DNA of 64,000 bases from the human T2T-CHM13v2.0 reference genome, Homo sapiens (GCF_009914755.1 NC_060936.1), one strand, 5' to 3'; shown: positions 14,360-30,256, counted from the stretch's first letter. The notes: generated by a model not told the origin, from the sequence alone. Translations and numbers: made by a program.

Positions 14360-15300
14360 TAGGATGCAGCATCATTCCTGCAATATTCCTACCAAAAACA
14401 CAAACCACAACCAACCCATAAGGAAACATCAGATAAATCTAAATGGAGGGATCTTCTAAAAAATAATTGGCCCATGCTCTTGAAAAAAAGTCTAAGTCAT
14501 GAAGACTTCCATATTGAAGGAAACTAATGGAGATATAACGACTAAATTCAACACCTGATCCTGGGTTGGATCGAGAATCTGAAACACGTTTTTTCTTTTA
14601 CTATAAAAGATAGCAGTTAGATCAATTGGCAAAATTTAAATAAGATCTATGTTAACAGTATTAGTAATAGTTTTCTTTCATAATAGTTACAGTTAATAGA
14701 ATTATATCAACGTACGTTGCCTGATTTTCATTATTGTAAAAAAAAACCTCTGGATTCTTAGAGAAAATCTACACTGAAGTATTAAGAGGTGAAGGGACGG
14801 CCAGGCGTGGTGGCTCACGCCTGTTATCCCAGCACTTTGGGAGACCGAGGCGGGAGGATCACAAGGTCAGGAGATTGAGACCATCCTGGCTAACATGGTG
14901 AAACCCCGTCTCTACTAAAAATACAAAAAAATTAGCCGGGCGTGGTGGCGGGCACCTGTAGTCTCAGCTACTCAGGAGGCTGAGGCAGGAGAATGGCATG
15001 AACCTGGGAGGCAGAGCTTGCAGTGAGCTGAGATAGCACCACTGCATTCCAGCTTGGGCGACAAAGTGAGACTCTGTCTCAAAAAAAAAAAGAGGTGAAG
15101 GGACATCATGTCTACAATTTCCTCTTGAGCAAGTCAGAAAAAGAAATGCTAACTTGTAGACAGAGAATAATAAGGCAAATGTGGTAAAAATGTTAACCTT
15201 TGGGAAGTCTAGATAAGAATAGTCAGGAATTCTCTGTGCTATTCTTGCAACTTTTTTTGTAGATCTGGTACTAACTCAAAATAAAAATATTTTTAAAGAA
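14360..15300 (+). mobile_element. L1MC/L1ME-type 3' end, split by an AluY
   Basis: AAGGAAACATCAGATAAATC...GAAGGAAACTAATGGAGATATAACGACTAAAT...CTATTCTTGCAACTTTT. Confidence 0.65.
14799..15089 (+). mobile_element. AluY with a perfect 15-bp TSD
   Basis: Y-type GAGACCATCCTGGCTAAC and GAATGGCATGAACC...GAGCTTGCAGTGAG; TSD AAGAGGTGAAGGGAC at 14784-14798 and 15090-15104. Confidence 0.95.
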
Positions 15301-16270
15301 GGAACAAAAAAAATCAATCTTTTCTCTGTCAATATATGCCCCTGAGCATACAAGGTGTGGAGCAGAATTTCTCTATGTTTTCACCTGCAAGAGACTGCTT
15401 CATTCCAGGGAAGGCTTCCTTGTTGATGCTAACACAGCAGAATTTGCTTTTCCAAGGAAGAAAATCCCCCTAAAACATCAATTAAGCCTTTTATAGAAAA
15501 AGAGAGACATTTTAAAATTGGAAGACACTCTTCTCTCTTGTCTAAGAGGACATAGCAATTCCTCATCTCTTTCCCCACTTCTAAAAAATGTCCATCCATG
15601 GTTACACTCATCATTTGACACCCACTCACAAGACCCTTTTTTGTCTGCCAGATTTTCATAGGCTTCTAAAGAATGCAGTGAATTTGCTGTTGCTGAATGT
15701 AGTTCATTTGCACAGAATTCCTTACCCCTTTTTCTCATCTGTATTTTCATCATCCATGCCCTTTTCTCCAACAGGCCACTTGACAGCAGAACTGGAAAGG
15801 GAGAGAAGGAAAGGCAAGGGTTAGAGGGGAGGCTGCAACTCATTCAGTCAAGAAGCATTCATTTAATGAGCACCTACTATGTGCTGCCAACTGGGCCAGA
15901 CACCCAGCAGGGAAGAAGGCAAGCCCAGCTCTGCCCTCACAGAGTTTTCACTGAGGAAGACAGGTGAAAGCTGCCAACCAAAGCATAGAGAGTGTTTTAG
16001 AAGGGGAGGTACAGGGTGCTGGGGGTATGTTGAAGGGAGCCAACTTAATCTGCAGAGGTCACAGAAAATCCTACGCCAGAAGGATGGCCTTGTGTCAGTT
16101 AGGTCAAAGGAAGTTGGAGAGGGCCAAGGAAAAAGAATGATTTTACTCATAAAAATAAATACCCATACTCTCTTTAAAAACAAAAATAATAGCACTGTCT
16201 ATGGAATTGTAAAATAGTACAACCACTGTGGGAAACAGTATGGAGGTTCCTCAAACAATTAAAAATAGAA

Positions 16271-16692
16271 TGATATGGTTTCCATCTGTGTCCCCACCAA
16301 ATCTCATGTTGAATTGTAATCCCTAGTGTTGGAGGTGGGGCCTGGTGGGAGGTGATTGGATCCCAGGGGTGGGGTTCTCATGAGTGGGTTAGCACCATCC
16401 TCTCAGTGCTATTCTCATGATACTGAGTGACTGAGTTATTGTCAGATCTGGTTGTTTAAAAGTGTATAGCATCTCCCCCCTCTCTCTCTTCCTCCTGCTC
16501 CTGTCATGTAAGATGCCTCACTTCCCCATTGGCTTCCACCATGATTGTAAGCTCCCTGAGGCCTTCCCAGAGGATGATATCACTGTGCTTCCTGTACAGC
16601 CTGCAGAACTATGAGCCAATTAAACCTCTTTTCTTTATAAATTACCCAGTCTCAGGTATTTCTTTATACCAGTGCAAGAAAAGACTAATACA
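16271..16692 (+). mobile_element. MSTA/MSTB MaLR solo LTR
   Basis: TGATATGGTTT...GTGTTGGAGGTGGGGCCTGGTGGGAGG...GACTAATACA; flanks TAGAA/TAGAT. Confidence 0.9.
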
Positions 16693-17235
16693 TAGATCTA
16701 CTGTATGACCTCCATGATCCCACTTTTGGTTATATACCAAAAGAACTGAAAGCAGAATCTCAAAGATATATTTTCATACTTGTGTTTATAGCAGTATTTG
16801 CATAGCATAGCAGCCAAAAGGTGGAGGTAACTCAAGTGTCCATCCATAGATGAATGGATAAACAAAAAGTGGTTTATACACACAACAGAATACTCGTCAG
16901 CCTTTAAAAGGGAGGAAATCCTGGTTCATGCTGCAACATGGAGGAACCTTGATGACATTATGCTAAATCAATCACAAAATAAATAGATCACAAAAAGACA
17001 AATATTACATGATTTTCCTAAGTGAGGCACCTAGAATACTCAAATTCATAAAGACAGAAAGTAGAATGGCGGTTGCCAGGGACTGAGGGAGAGGAGAAGG
17101 GGGAGCGTTGTTTAATGCATATAGAGTTTCAGTTTTACAAGTTGAAAAAGTTCTGAATATCTACTTCCAACAACATGAATCTATTTAATACTTAACATTA
17201 CTGAACTATACACTTAAAAATGGTTAAGATGGTAA

Positions 17236-17559
<324 letters not shown>

Positions 17560-17909
17560 CTCATGTTGTTGTTGTTGTTTTTACCACAATTAAACAACAA
17601 CAACAACAACAACAACAACACCAATCACTGAATTCCCACCCAGATCCAAGTTAATCCCTGTCAAACAAAACATTCAGATGGATGATGAAGATAACGATGG
17701 CTACAAGTCAGGTGCCCTGGTATTCTTCTGTGTCTGATTCAGCCACAAGTAATAGAAAAGCGGCTTCAGCAATAAGGAATTAAGACAGGTATTTGTAACT
17801 GGTTTATCAAACATGCTGTATTCAGTAAGTGCTAAGCAGAAGACACATTTAGTCTTTCAAAACTTCACTAACAGCTCACAGCTCCCCAACCCCAAACCGT
17901 GAACCCCTT

Positions 17910-18155
17910 GATTAGGTAAACAATGGCCCATAGGACAAATCCAACCAGCAGCTTGTTTTTTAAATGAAGTTTTATAGGAACACAGCCATGCCCATTCATT
18001 TCCATATTGTCTGTGGCTGCATTCACATTATAGTAGTAGAATGGAGTAGGTGAAACAGATATAATTGATGAGTATTTGCAACAGAGACCCCAGGGCTCAC
18101 CAAGCCTAAAATGTCTACTCTATATTCCGTTTCCAGAAAAGTTGCTGACCCTGCC
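17910..18155 (+). mobile_element. MER58A-like hAT DNA transposon
   Basis: GTTTTATAGGAACACAGCCATGCCCATTCATTT...AAAAGTTGCTGACCCTG. Confidence 0.75.
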
Positions 18156-19012
18156 ATATATGATAGCTTGGGAAGAGTCCTTAGTTTTTCTGATTACTAT
18201 TAGGTATTAACTAATCATCTCATTTACCAGGTGATAAAAGTCCAGCCCAGTCTAATATCAAAATCTCAATTTCTCATCCAAGTTAAAGGTTCTTCCTCAT
18301 ATCCCAGCCCCTCCTTTTTACCCAGTTCATGCTAGGCTGAAGCTAGAAAGCCTCCAATGAGTAGGGAGGACAGGGGGTATCTTTCTGCTCCTTGCTCCAG
18401 CTGTCTCTCGCTTGCTAATGTTGCTTCTCTGATCTCTACAGGGCAGAACAGGAATAAGAGGAAGATCCTAATCAGTTGGTGCCATTGTTACCTGGCATTG
18501 TGGCCATCTGATGGCAGATGGAGACATTTTTGTGGTTATTGGAGATTCTCACCTTAGCTACTTCCTACCGCACCATTTTTGAGCAAAGATAATCCACCTG
18601 CTACTGACCGATTACCACCACCTTCCCCCATACACCCTACACAGCCCTCACCTGCCTCAAACTTCCAGGGGTGAATCCTTCCATGATGATCTGGCATGGC
18701 TTCCCCATCCGTCCCCTGCCACAGAGGCCTCCGCTCTTGCTGTTCTGCCACATAACACTCCACCAATTTCTTGCCTTTAAACTTCTCCAGGCCAGAGTCT
18801 GGCAACAGTCCTTGGGTGTCCCAAAACATCCAGGCATCCCAAAGTTCTCCCAAGAACTCTCTAATTATGCTCATCTCCAACCCAGTGGAGGCCTGGAGCC
18901 CACAAGTTTGCACAGCTGCCAGTGTGGGCATAGTGGGGACATATTAGTGTCTGTGAATAATTCTCTCCATCTTAAACCAAGGGAAGGGGGCCTAAACAGG
19001 ATTGTCCACAGA

Positions 19013-19240
19013 CAGCAATGGCTCTCAGTGAGGGATAGTGCTGTCTCCCTCACTCGCTTCCTGGGGACATTTGTCAATGTCACGAGGCACTTTTGGTTGT
19101 CACACCTAGAGGGGTGCTGCTGGCATCTAGGAGGCTGAGGAGCAGGGATGCTGTTAAACATTCTACAATGCACAGCACAGCCCTTCATAACACAGAGCCA
19201 TCGGGTCCAAAATTTCAATAGTTCCAAGATTGAGAAGTCT
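19013..19240 (+). mobile_element. MER20 hAT DNA transposon
   Basis: GGGGACATTTGTCAATGTC...TTTTGGTTGTCACA...GGGATGCTGTTAAACATTCTACAATGCACAG. Confidence 0.8.
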
Positions 19241-19949
19241 AGCCTAGGACTTCCCTTGATATAACATTGAGAGGAGGGGAGAGGAGCCTGTAGGACTAAC
19301 TTTTGGGGCCTTACTCGAGAATAGAAAAAAATCCCATTAGATAGCTTCTGTTAGTTGTATTAAGAACTCCTGAGGGAGAGTGGCTCCTGGACAGATTCTC
19401 CCATTAGCTCAATGATGTCTTCAAGGACCCTTTTTTGAGAGCAAAGACTTCTTTCCACTGTACCATGCTCACTATGCCAGCCCATCTTCCTAGGCTTGCT
19501 TCCTTCATGTTTCCAAGATAACTGATCCACCTCCAGGTATCACTTGCCAACTATAGGTTTGAAGGCAGAAAGGGGAAATCTTCCTCCTTATCTTTTTAAT
19601 CTAACCAACAATGATAGCCATTCCCATCCCCCAAATGATCTCCCCTCATGCCTGCTGGCCAGCGTTGCATCACCTGGCCACACAGACTTTCTGGAGGCAA
19701 GTGAAGGGAGAGTACCCTGAGTGGGTTTCACAAATCACAACTTACCCCTGGGGCTGGAGAAGGACCCAGCCTTTCCAGAGCAGTATGGCTGCCATTACCT
19801 AAGACCAAACTGTTGTCCTGGTGGCAAGTACAAAAGACAAATAATGGCTGTCAGGCAGGAAATCAACAGTTCTGCCACATCTCCGTCCAGTTTCTCCAGC
19901 CTTCTCTCACAGCTTGGACAACTTGATTCTCACATAGAGGCTCTAGGGC

Positions 19950-20135
19950 AGTGGTTTCTCCACCTTTAACATGAATTATTATCACCTGGAAAACTTGTTA
20001 AAAAACTTGTTAAAAAAATTCAGGTGCTCTGTTCCCACACTAGCCCTACCAATTAGAATAATGAGATCCATGGGTCTCTGTTTAAGAAGCTTCACCCATG
20101 ATCCTGGTGCCCACCAAAGTCTAAGGATAGCAGTT
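19950..20135. mobile_element. MER5-like hAT MITE
   Basis: CAGTGGTTTCTC...ATCACCTGG...CTTGTTAAAAA...CAAAGTCTAAG. Confidence 0.6.
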
Positions 20136-20486
20136 CTAGTAAAAATCTTGACCCTCAGCTAAAGAGGTTTGAGCACTTACAGCTAGAAGCCCAGGGATAC
20201 TGCAAATCACGCGCTTCTACTATTGGTCTAGAGCTTGTGTTTCAAATTTAACTATATGGATCCCCAAATCCAGACTCCATGTATGCTGTAAACCTGACAA
20301 CTTAACTCCTTCTTTAGTACTACTACTATAATTGCTAACTACAATTATTACTGTTGTTGTTGTATCTATTTCTTTATTATCACATTTACTATTTATTGAG
20401 CTCTTGCCATATGCTGGGTACTATGCAAAACACTTGACATCATTAGCTCGTGTAAAGTGAGCTATTGTGGTAGCTCACTTGAGCAC

Positions 20487-20564
20487 TGTGGTATAATTTT
20501 AAAAATATATCTGGTCTTTGTTCCCAGTTCCTGGCACAGAACTTTAAAAACTCTGGGAATTTCC
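20487..20564 (+). mobile_element. MER21C-like ERVL LTR, 5' part (interrupted by the ST13 retrocopy)
   Basis: TGTGGTATAATTTTAAAAATATATCTGGTCTTTGTTCCCAGTTCCTGGCACAGA resembles the recalled MER21C 5' end. Confidence 0.75.
20546..20564 (+). repeat. 5' target-site duplication of the ST13 retrocopy, at an L1-endonuclease-type TT/AAAA site
   Basis: TTT|AAAAACTCTGGGAATTTCC recurs after the poly(A) as AAAACCTCTGGGAATTTCC (23183-23201). Confidence 0.9.
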
Positions 20565-23186
<2,622 letters not shown>

Positions 23187-23810
23187 CCTCTGGGAATTTC
23201 CTGAGTGATAGGAAAGTCTTTGTTATGCTAATGAGGTGGCTCCTGGCAGTTTCCCTAGATAGATTCAGGATGGGAGCTGCTTACCAGTAAGGCCAATCAT
23301 GTGATTATAGAGCTGGAACTTTCAGCACTCTCTTCCCCATCCTCTGGAGAGGAGAGGGGCACTGGAGACAGGGTTCAATCCCCAATCCCTTGACCACTGA
23401 TCCAATCAATCATGCCTACAGAATTGAGACTTCAATAAAAACTTTGAACAACGAGGCTCTAGGAGCTTCCTGGTTGGTGAACATGTTCCCTGGATGCCAC
23501 AGGGCAGAGGCTTCTGTGGTTGGGACCCTTCCAGACCTTGCCCTATGTGCCACCTCATCTGGCTATTCATTGTGTCCTTTATAATAAAATGGTAATCATA
23601 AATATCATGCTTTCCTGAGCTGTGTGTTGTCCTAGTGAATTATCGCACCTGAGAAGGGGTCATGAGAGCCCCCACATTTATAGCCAAGTTGGACAAAAGT
23701 ATGAGTAGCCTGGGGACCCCAAGTGCAGCTGACATCCGAACTCCAGGTAGTTAGTGTCAGAATTAAATTGAATTGTTGGACACCCAGTTGTGGGATAATT
23801 GGTGTTGAAA
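23187..23810 (+). mobile_element. MER21C-like ERVL LTR, 3' part
   Basis: Continues GGAATTTCCTGAGTGATAGG...AGGCCAATCATGTGATT...GTGTCAGAATTAAATTGAATTG, colinear with the recalled MER21 consensus. Confidence 0.75.
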
Positions 23811-24091
23811 TGCACTCATATAATCATCTGACAACAGCTTTATCAAGGAGATCATTATTCCCATTTTACAGACGAGAAGCTGAGACTAAGAGTGGTTTTA
23901 CATTCCCATGATCACATAGGAGGAAGCAGTAGAGCTCAAATTGACACACATACTTGTTTAACTTGAGAGTCTGAGCCCTTAATCTAGGGTGACAGTTTAG
24001 TAAATATCAGGGAGGACCACTCACATTTTGTGTAAGTGAATGACACTCCTGCTGTTGTTGTGTAATGCAGAGCCCTGTAATCACTTCCTTA

Positions 24092-24266
24092 GCATTTGCC
24101 AAACTTGCCTGATCAGACTCACCCGGGGCATTTATTAAAAAGAGGGATTCCCAGGCCTCTCCCATGAAGATTCTGATCCAGTATGTTTGGGGTGGAGCCT
24201 GGGAATTTTTATTTTTAACAAGCTCTCCTGGTGATTCTGACAATCAGGCAACTTTTGCAAACACTG
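24092..24266. mobile_element. MER5-like hAT MITE
   Basis: Imperfect terminal inverted repeats TTTGCCAAACTTGCCTGAT / ATCAGGCAACTTTTGCAAA; internal GGGGTGGAGCCTGGGAAT...TTTAACAAGCTCTCC. Confidence 0.75.
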
Positions 24267-24809
24267 CACTATGCTGCCTCGACCAGCTTCCTTGCTTGAA
24301 ATGTATCAATCTACCCTATAACCCAGCCCGTCTCTTTCCCAATTTCTTGTAGCATCTGACACACTCCTGTGCAGAGACTCTGAAGAACTGGATATAGCCT
24401 TTTCCAATTTCCACACTGTCACTCAGTCCTGTACTTGGAAGAGTTTTAATGAATGACACAATATGAATCCAACTCAGCATGTCCAAGGCAAAATCCATCA
24501 ACAGCCACACTCCTGCTTCCTGCTCTTCCTCCTACATTCTCTAACTTAGTGAATGACCCACCATCCACCCAAACCACCACACCAACGATCCTTGGTATAT
24601 CTGTGTCCATGTTCTCCTTCACTCTTCACATTCTGGTCACCATTTCCTAGTGATTTCTACCTCCTAAATAATACAAACCAGCTTCTCCTCTTCTTTTCCA
24701 CTGCTTATATAATATCCCATTCCATTTTCACCTAGACCAGCTTTCTAAAAGGCTTTCTGCCTTCATTCTTTGCTCCCCATCCCCAACCCTTCTGTATACC
24801 ACCCCATAG

Positions 24810-25385
24810 GAGGAGACAGATCATATATTCCAAAGTTGATTGCAATAATATCTCTCATCTCACATGTTCTTCTAGAACCTTGCTACCTCCATCAAGAAGA
24901 GGGATGTATTTCCCCTTCCCTTGAATATGGGTTCACTTTTGTGACTATCTCAACCAATAGAGTATTCAAAGTGATGCTCCATGACTTCTTAGGCCAGTTC
25001 CTAGAAGACGACTCACATACCATCTTGCCTACTAGGATACTCACCCTTGACATCTAAGCCCTCATGTAAACAGTCAGCTTCCCTGAGATTGCCATTCTAG
25101 GAGGAAATCCAAGCTAGCCTATGCAGGGGGACAACATGGAACAGCCCTGAGACTACACAAAGAGAGAGATGTCCAATCAGCCCCCCTCTTCCCCAGCCCT
25201 GCATTAGTCCAACTCCAGCCACTGGGTGCAACCATATGACAGATCCCAAACCAGAATTGACCAGCTGAGCCTTTTTCTAATTCATGACCCAAATACATTA
25301 TCTGAGATAATAAAATAGTTGTTGTTTGAAGCGAGAAAGTTTTGTGATTCATTTTTTTTAATGCAGCAATAGCTAAACAGAACCA
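24810..25385 (+). mobile_element. MLT1 (F/G/H-like) LTR
   Basis: CCCTTGAATATGGG...CCAATAGAGT...CCAGCTGAGC...GCAGCAATAGCTAAACAGAA. Confidence 0.7.
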
Positions 25386-25472
25386 TATTCAATAGGTACA
25401 AATGGCCAGAATTGTACAAAGCAATACTATTCAAAGTGTAGTCCCTGGGGAGAATGAACTGTTTGTTACCAA

Positions 25473-25849
25473 TGTTAAGTGGAAAACTTTAGAAAAAATA
25501 AATTTAACAATGTTTATTTGAGCAAAGAACAAGTCATGAATGGGACAACACTCAGAACCAGAAGAGGTTTTGAGAGCTGCGCTCTGCAGCGTAGGGAGGG
25601 AGCTTTTATAGGCTGAACACAAAAGTCAAGTGCAGAAATAACTTGATTCATTACAGAAAGGCATTTGCCTTACATGGGCATGGTCTGGTCAGTTGGATGC
25701 CTGTGATTGGCTGAAATTCAGCTATTTGTTACAAAAATATACTCCTAAAATAGGTTTTAGCTTGTTCAAGTACTAAGTTAGGTTGCAGTTTGTTACAAAA
25801 ACATAGGGACAGCCCCGGGCTGATGGCCTCTGGTTTATTTGCTTTCACA
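25473..25849 (-). mobile_element. ERV1 solo LTR (MER93-like)
   Basis: TG...CA ends; antisense AATAAA (TTTATT), TATA (CTTTTATAG) and CCAAT (GATTGG) in LTR order. Confidence 0.6.
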
Positions 25850-26259
25850 ATAGTCAGTATGGAAATTGGGAGTATTTAGAATCTTTCAACAGGGTGAATG
25901 TATGATTCTTGAATCTAATCATTAAAAAATGAATAGACTGGGTTCAAAGAGCAGTCAACTTTTGACTGGTTGATCAGACGCAGCCACACTGAAAGGATGA
26001 AAAGGGGCTGTAGGAGGAGAAAGAACACGAGACAGAGGCAAGGGTATGAAAGGGGTCCCTGCCTAATGCAAAAAACAGGCAGCATGTCCACAGGACTGAA
26101 AGAAAGTAAGGTGTCCTTAGACGAGAGCTCGTCTTAGGAATCCCTTTAACTGCAAGCAACAGAAAACCCTACTCCAGTGGCTTAAACAAATTGTGATTTA
26201 TTTTTCTCATTGTATAAGAATAGCATCAGTGACATTCTCATAGCCTCTTGGCACTGGGC

Positions 26260-26545
26260 AGTTCTGTGCACATTAGCCAGTTTTCCAATTGCCAAAACTT
26301 GCCACTTTTAGACTGCTTTCTCCAAAGTCACAGAAGATCTACCTGCCCTTAGGTGGCATAACTCTGACGTGTGTGTTCTACACTGGCCCTGGAGTCCCCA
26401 GCAGGACTAAGCTGCAGTTGCCCATAAGAGATTGTACTTAGTAACTCACTCGATATTGACTTACTTCCCTCCTTTGTCTCATGTTCTCTCTCCCTTATCA
26501 GTGTTTCCTGAGAACACTTACCAAATAAACGAATTGCATCCTGTG
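26260..26545 (+). mobile_element. LTR16-like ERVL fragment
   Basis: GTGTGTTCTACACTGG...CCCCAGCAGGACTAAGCTGCAGTTGCCC...CCAAATAAAC. Confidence 0.55.
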
Positions 26546-27899
26546 AAGCTAATGCAGTATGAGCGAGATAGAAAGTGGTAGGTGATAATGCTGGAGAAAG
26601 AAACAGTGAACAGAGAGGCAGAGAGGCAGGGACTTGTCTGAAGAAAACACAAACTCCCGTGGCAGAGCTGGAATGAGACCCTGCTCTTGGGATAGCAAAA
26701 ACAGTCTTGGTGACTCTTCCTATAATGGCTTTACCTGAATTCTTACTTCTCAGGACTTCCTCTCATCAGGCAGCACCCACCAGAGAGCAGTTCTGAAACT
26801 GAGACTACCAGATCAGAAACAAACAAGCAAACAAAAAAAGACCCATAGGAGCTGGGAGTGCCCATCCAAGTACATCCACATCATCCAGTAAAAGAAACAG
26901 AACCTTGAAGTCAAACAGACTGGTTAGCACACACCTCCTCCGTTTGCTAGTTGTGTGACTAAGGGCAGTTTCTTAACTACTCTGTGCCTCCTCTGTAAAT
27001 ATCAATGTGCTAATAATCCCACCTCGCTGGATCATTTCAAAATAAAATGCATAACATTGATAAGTGCCTCGGTCTTGCCTGACACACAGTAAGTGTTCAA
27101 TAACGGCCAGCCTCCTCTGCAATTTCTCCACACAGTCTCTCTTTCACAACCAAATGGAAGATCAAGCAAAGATGTATTGGCCAAATAATCGACTCCATTT
27201 GTCTGGCGCGCCTCAGCCACTTGCTTCACATGACTATTTCTATGAGGCTAATACCTCGTTACAATAACATTGTACTCTAACACCAGTGGGCCCATAAACA
27301 GAGGCCCAGCTAAAATAAAATCATTGTAATCATGGCCCAGATTTAATCTCTGGCTAGTGGGCTCCCCAGTGGTTTCACCAAGAGCCAGGCAATAGTCAAA
27401 TAATCAAACTGCAGATGCTGGGATAGCAAATCGGCTTAAATTTAAACAGTGGCAGAAACCCAAACTACAGCAGGGAGAAAAGAGAGATGAAGAGGGGGAG
27501 ATGTAAACTTGCACAATATTGGAATTTCCCTTCCATGGCCTCCCTAGTTAATCGGCCCATAAAATAACCAGGCTTGTTAATGAATAATAGCCTCATTCCC
27601 GAGAGGCACCTAGGTTAGGCGGTCGCTCTGGGCCTGCTTACTGTGGACCCTGCTGTAAGAGCTGAAAGGGATCCCAAGGGCAACATGAAGGCAGAGGCAT
27701 TATGATCTCCATCCTACTGAGAGCTCACAGGCACTTAGCTACTTAGAAAGAGGATCCTGAGTCACAGAATCAATAGTGAGAGGGAAGCAGAGGCAGGTCC
27801 CTTCTAGAGGGTTGAGGGAGCTGAAGCTTATACAATTGGGGGACCGTCTTTGAGAAAAATCAAACAAAACTGCATAGAAAATATGCTCAGCCATCCAGC

Positions 27900-28103
27900 A
27901 CCACCTTGTATGAAAGCATGGTCAAACCTTCAGAGGAGACCTCAGCCCTGGCTGACATGTTGATTACAGCCTTGTGAGAGACACAAGCAGAGAACCCAGC
28001 TAAACCATGCTCAGATTCCTGACTTCAAAAACTGTGAATAATAAATGTGTGTTTAAGCCACTGTTTGCTGTAATTTGTTACGTGGCAGCAGATGACTGGT
28101 AGA
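27900..28103 (+). mobile_element. MLT1D/E 3' fragment
   Basis: CAGCCTTGTGAGAGAC...GCAGAGAACCCAGCTAA...TTTAAGCCACT...GTAATTTGTTA. Confidence 0.7.
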
Positions 28104-28260
28104 AGGAAGAGGATAAAAAAGGAAGATACCAAGGTCATTTTGCTAACTGGGTGGGGCAAACCTAGAAATGTTATTTTATTATGCACTCAAATTTTTATAG
28201 AATTATTGGAAAGGTAACTTGGAGGTCATTTCATCAAATTCTTTGACTTTTAACTAAAAT

Positions 28261-28775
28261 TGTAACTAGACTAAACCAATCTGCTTCAATTTTTATGTAA
28301 CAAAGTTGTGAGTTTTTTTACATGCCATGGACTCCCAGGTGGAAGGTCATATAACCACAGCATGCCCAGATGAACCAAGTGTACAACCATGAGGGGAACC
28401 TAAGTGCTTAGGCAGAGGAGCAGGGACTGAATTAAGAGGTGGACACCAATGGCAGGATTCAATCAGATCAAACCCTGGCATTACCCCATGGCAGGATTCA
28501 GTCAGATCATGCCTCCTGGCATCACCTCATTGCAAGATCCAATCAGATCATACCTCCTGGCATCACCTCATTGCAAGATCCAATCAGATCATACCTCATT
28601 ACCCTATGCTTATAAAACCCACCCAAGCCCTCAGCTCAAGGAGACAGATTTGAGCATTTCCCCCTGTCTCCTTGCCAGTTGACTCAAAATAAAGCTTTTC
28701 TTTTCTCAAAAGCTGGTGCCATAGTATTGTCTTCTATGCACATCTGGAAGCCAGTCCATTGATTGCTCAGTAACG
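28261..28775 (+). mobile_element. LTR47-like ERVL solo LTR with an internal 41-bp tandem duplication
   Basis: TGTAAC...TTTTATGTAACAAAGTTGTGAG...GCATGCCCAGATGAACCAAG; TATAAAA at 28611; AATAAA at 28688. Confidence 0.7.
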
Positions 28776-29337
28776 AAATGAAAGCTTAGGAGACCTGCTT
28801 TGATCAGTAGATGAGATTATTTTCTACTTTGTCTACCAACTATTCTTGAGTCCGTGACTCCTTGAGTTGTGTTTGAAACATGTTTTTCTTTCAAAATATT
28901 AATCATCTCACTACATTCTAACTTATCCTTTGCTTACGAAAGAAGTTAATTTCATTTCTGCTTCTGCCTAAAATTATCAAAAGTTTTGAGTCAGTGATGT
29001 TAAAACGGAGTCTGTATCACGAGTCAATAATCAGAACCCTCACAGTGAGTCCTCCATTCACTTTTAGGAGGCATAATAGAACTGTAGACTTGGAAGTCAC
29101 TTTGGCAGTCATTTAATCCAAGTTAGCTCAGTGTAGGAGTTCTGGCAAAGGAGACATAAAAGAAAATTACATGCGCAACATCCAGAAAAAAATACTTAAA
29201 TAAAATAGGCACACTCTTCTTCATCTTTGTCCTCTTTCTTGATGGCTGAAATGTTTTGGGCATGGAACTCAAACTGGCATCTTGGATTATGAAGTAGAAG
29301 TTGTGCATTGAAGATGGAACAATAAAATGAAGAACCT

Positions 29338-29633
29338 GTCTGGACGCATTGGTTCACACCTGTAATCCCAGCACTTTGGGAGGCTGAGGCGGGTAGATCA
29401 CCTGAGGTCAGGAGTTCGAGACCAGCCTGGTCAACATGGCAAAACCTTATCTCTACTAAAAACACAAAAATTAGCTGGGTGTGGTGGCACACAACTGTAG
29501 TCCCAGCTACTTGGGAGGCTGAGGTGGGAGAATTGCTTGAATCAGGGAGGTGGAAGATGCAGTGAGCCCAGATAGCACCACTGCACTCTACCTGGGTGAC
29601 AGAATGAGACTATGTCTCAAAAAAAAAAAAAAA
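29338..29633 (+). mobile_element. AluS
   Basis: Dimeric Alu with poly(A). Confidence 0.95.
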
Positions 29634-29871
29634 GAAGAAGAATCTGGAATTCCTTATGATCATAGAGCTGCCAAACTACCCCTCCCTGCTCCCTTCTAGA
29701 CTTCTTTGTATTCGAAAGAATTAAACTTCTATCTTGTTTAAGCAACTATTAATTTAAGTTTGAATTTTGGGTCACTCAAAGCTGAGCTAATCTTAATATA
29801 TTCTTTTTCTCCATTTTTAAGATAAGGAAAATGAGCTTCACCAGGATTAAGAATAAATCTACTGTTCCTTC

Positions 29872-30256
29872 CTATTATAAACTAAATGCCCTCCCCCACC
29901 AAATTCATATGTTGAAACCCCAATCCCCAATGTGACTGTATTTGGAGACAGGACCTTTATGTAATAAGAAGTACTTGAGGTTAAACGAGATCATAAGCAG
30001 GGATACCTGGGGAGACCTGATCCAACAGGATGAGTGTTCTTATATGAAGAGACACCAGGGAGCTCTCTTGCTCTCTCTTCACCATGTGAGGACACAGCAA
30101 GAAGGTGGCCACCTGCAAGCCAGGAAGGGAGCCCTCACCAGAAACCAGCCCTGCCAGACTTTGATCTGGGACTTCTAGCCTCCAGAACTGTGAGAAAATA
30201 AATTTCTGTTGCTTAAGTCACTCAGTCTACGGTATTTTGTTGAGCAGACTAATATA
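29872..30256 (+). mobile_element. MLT1A/MSTD-like MaLR LTR
   Basis: AAATTCATATGTTGAAACCC...GACACAGCAAGAAGGTGGCC...CTCCAGAACTGTGAGAAAATAAATTTCTG...GCAGACTAATA. Confidence 0.85.

Noticed and set aside
18357-19227. Overlapping ORFs of 118-155 aa
   Set aside because: No recognisable domain or supportable exon structure; they run into a MER20 element.
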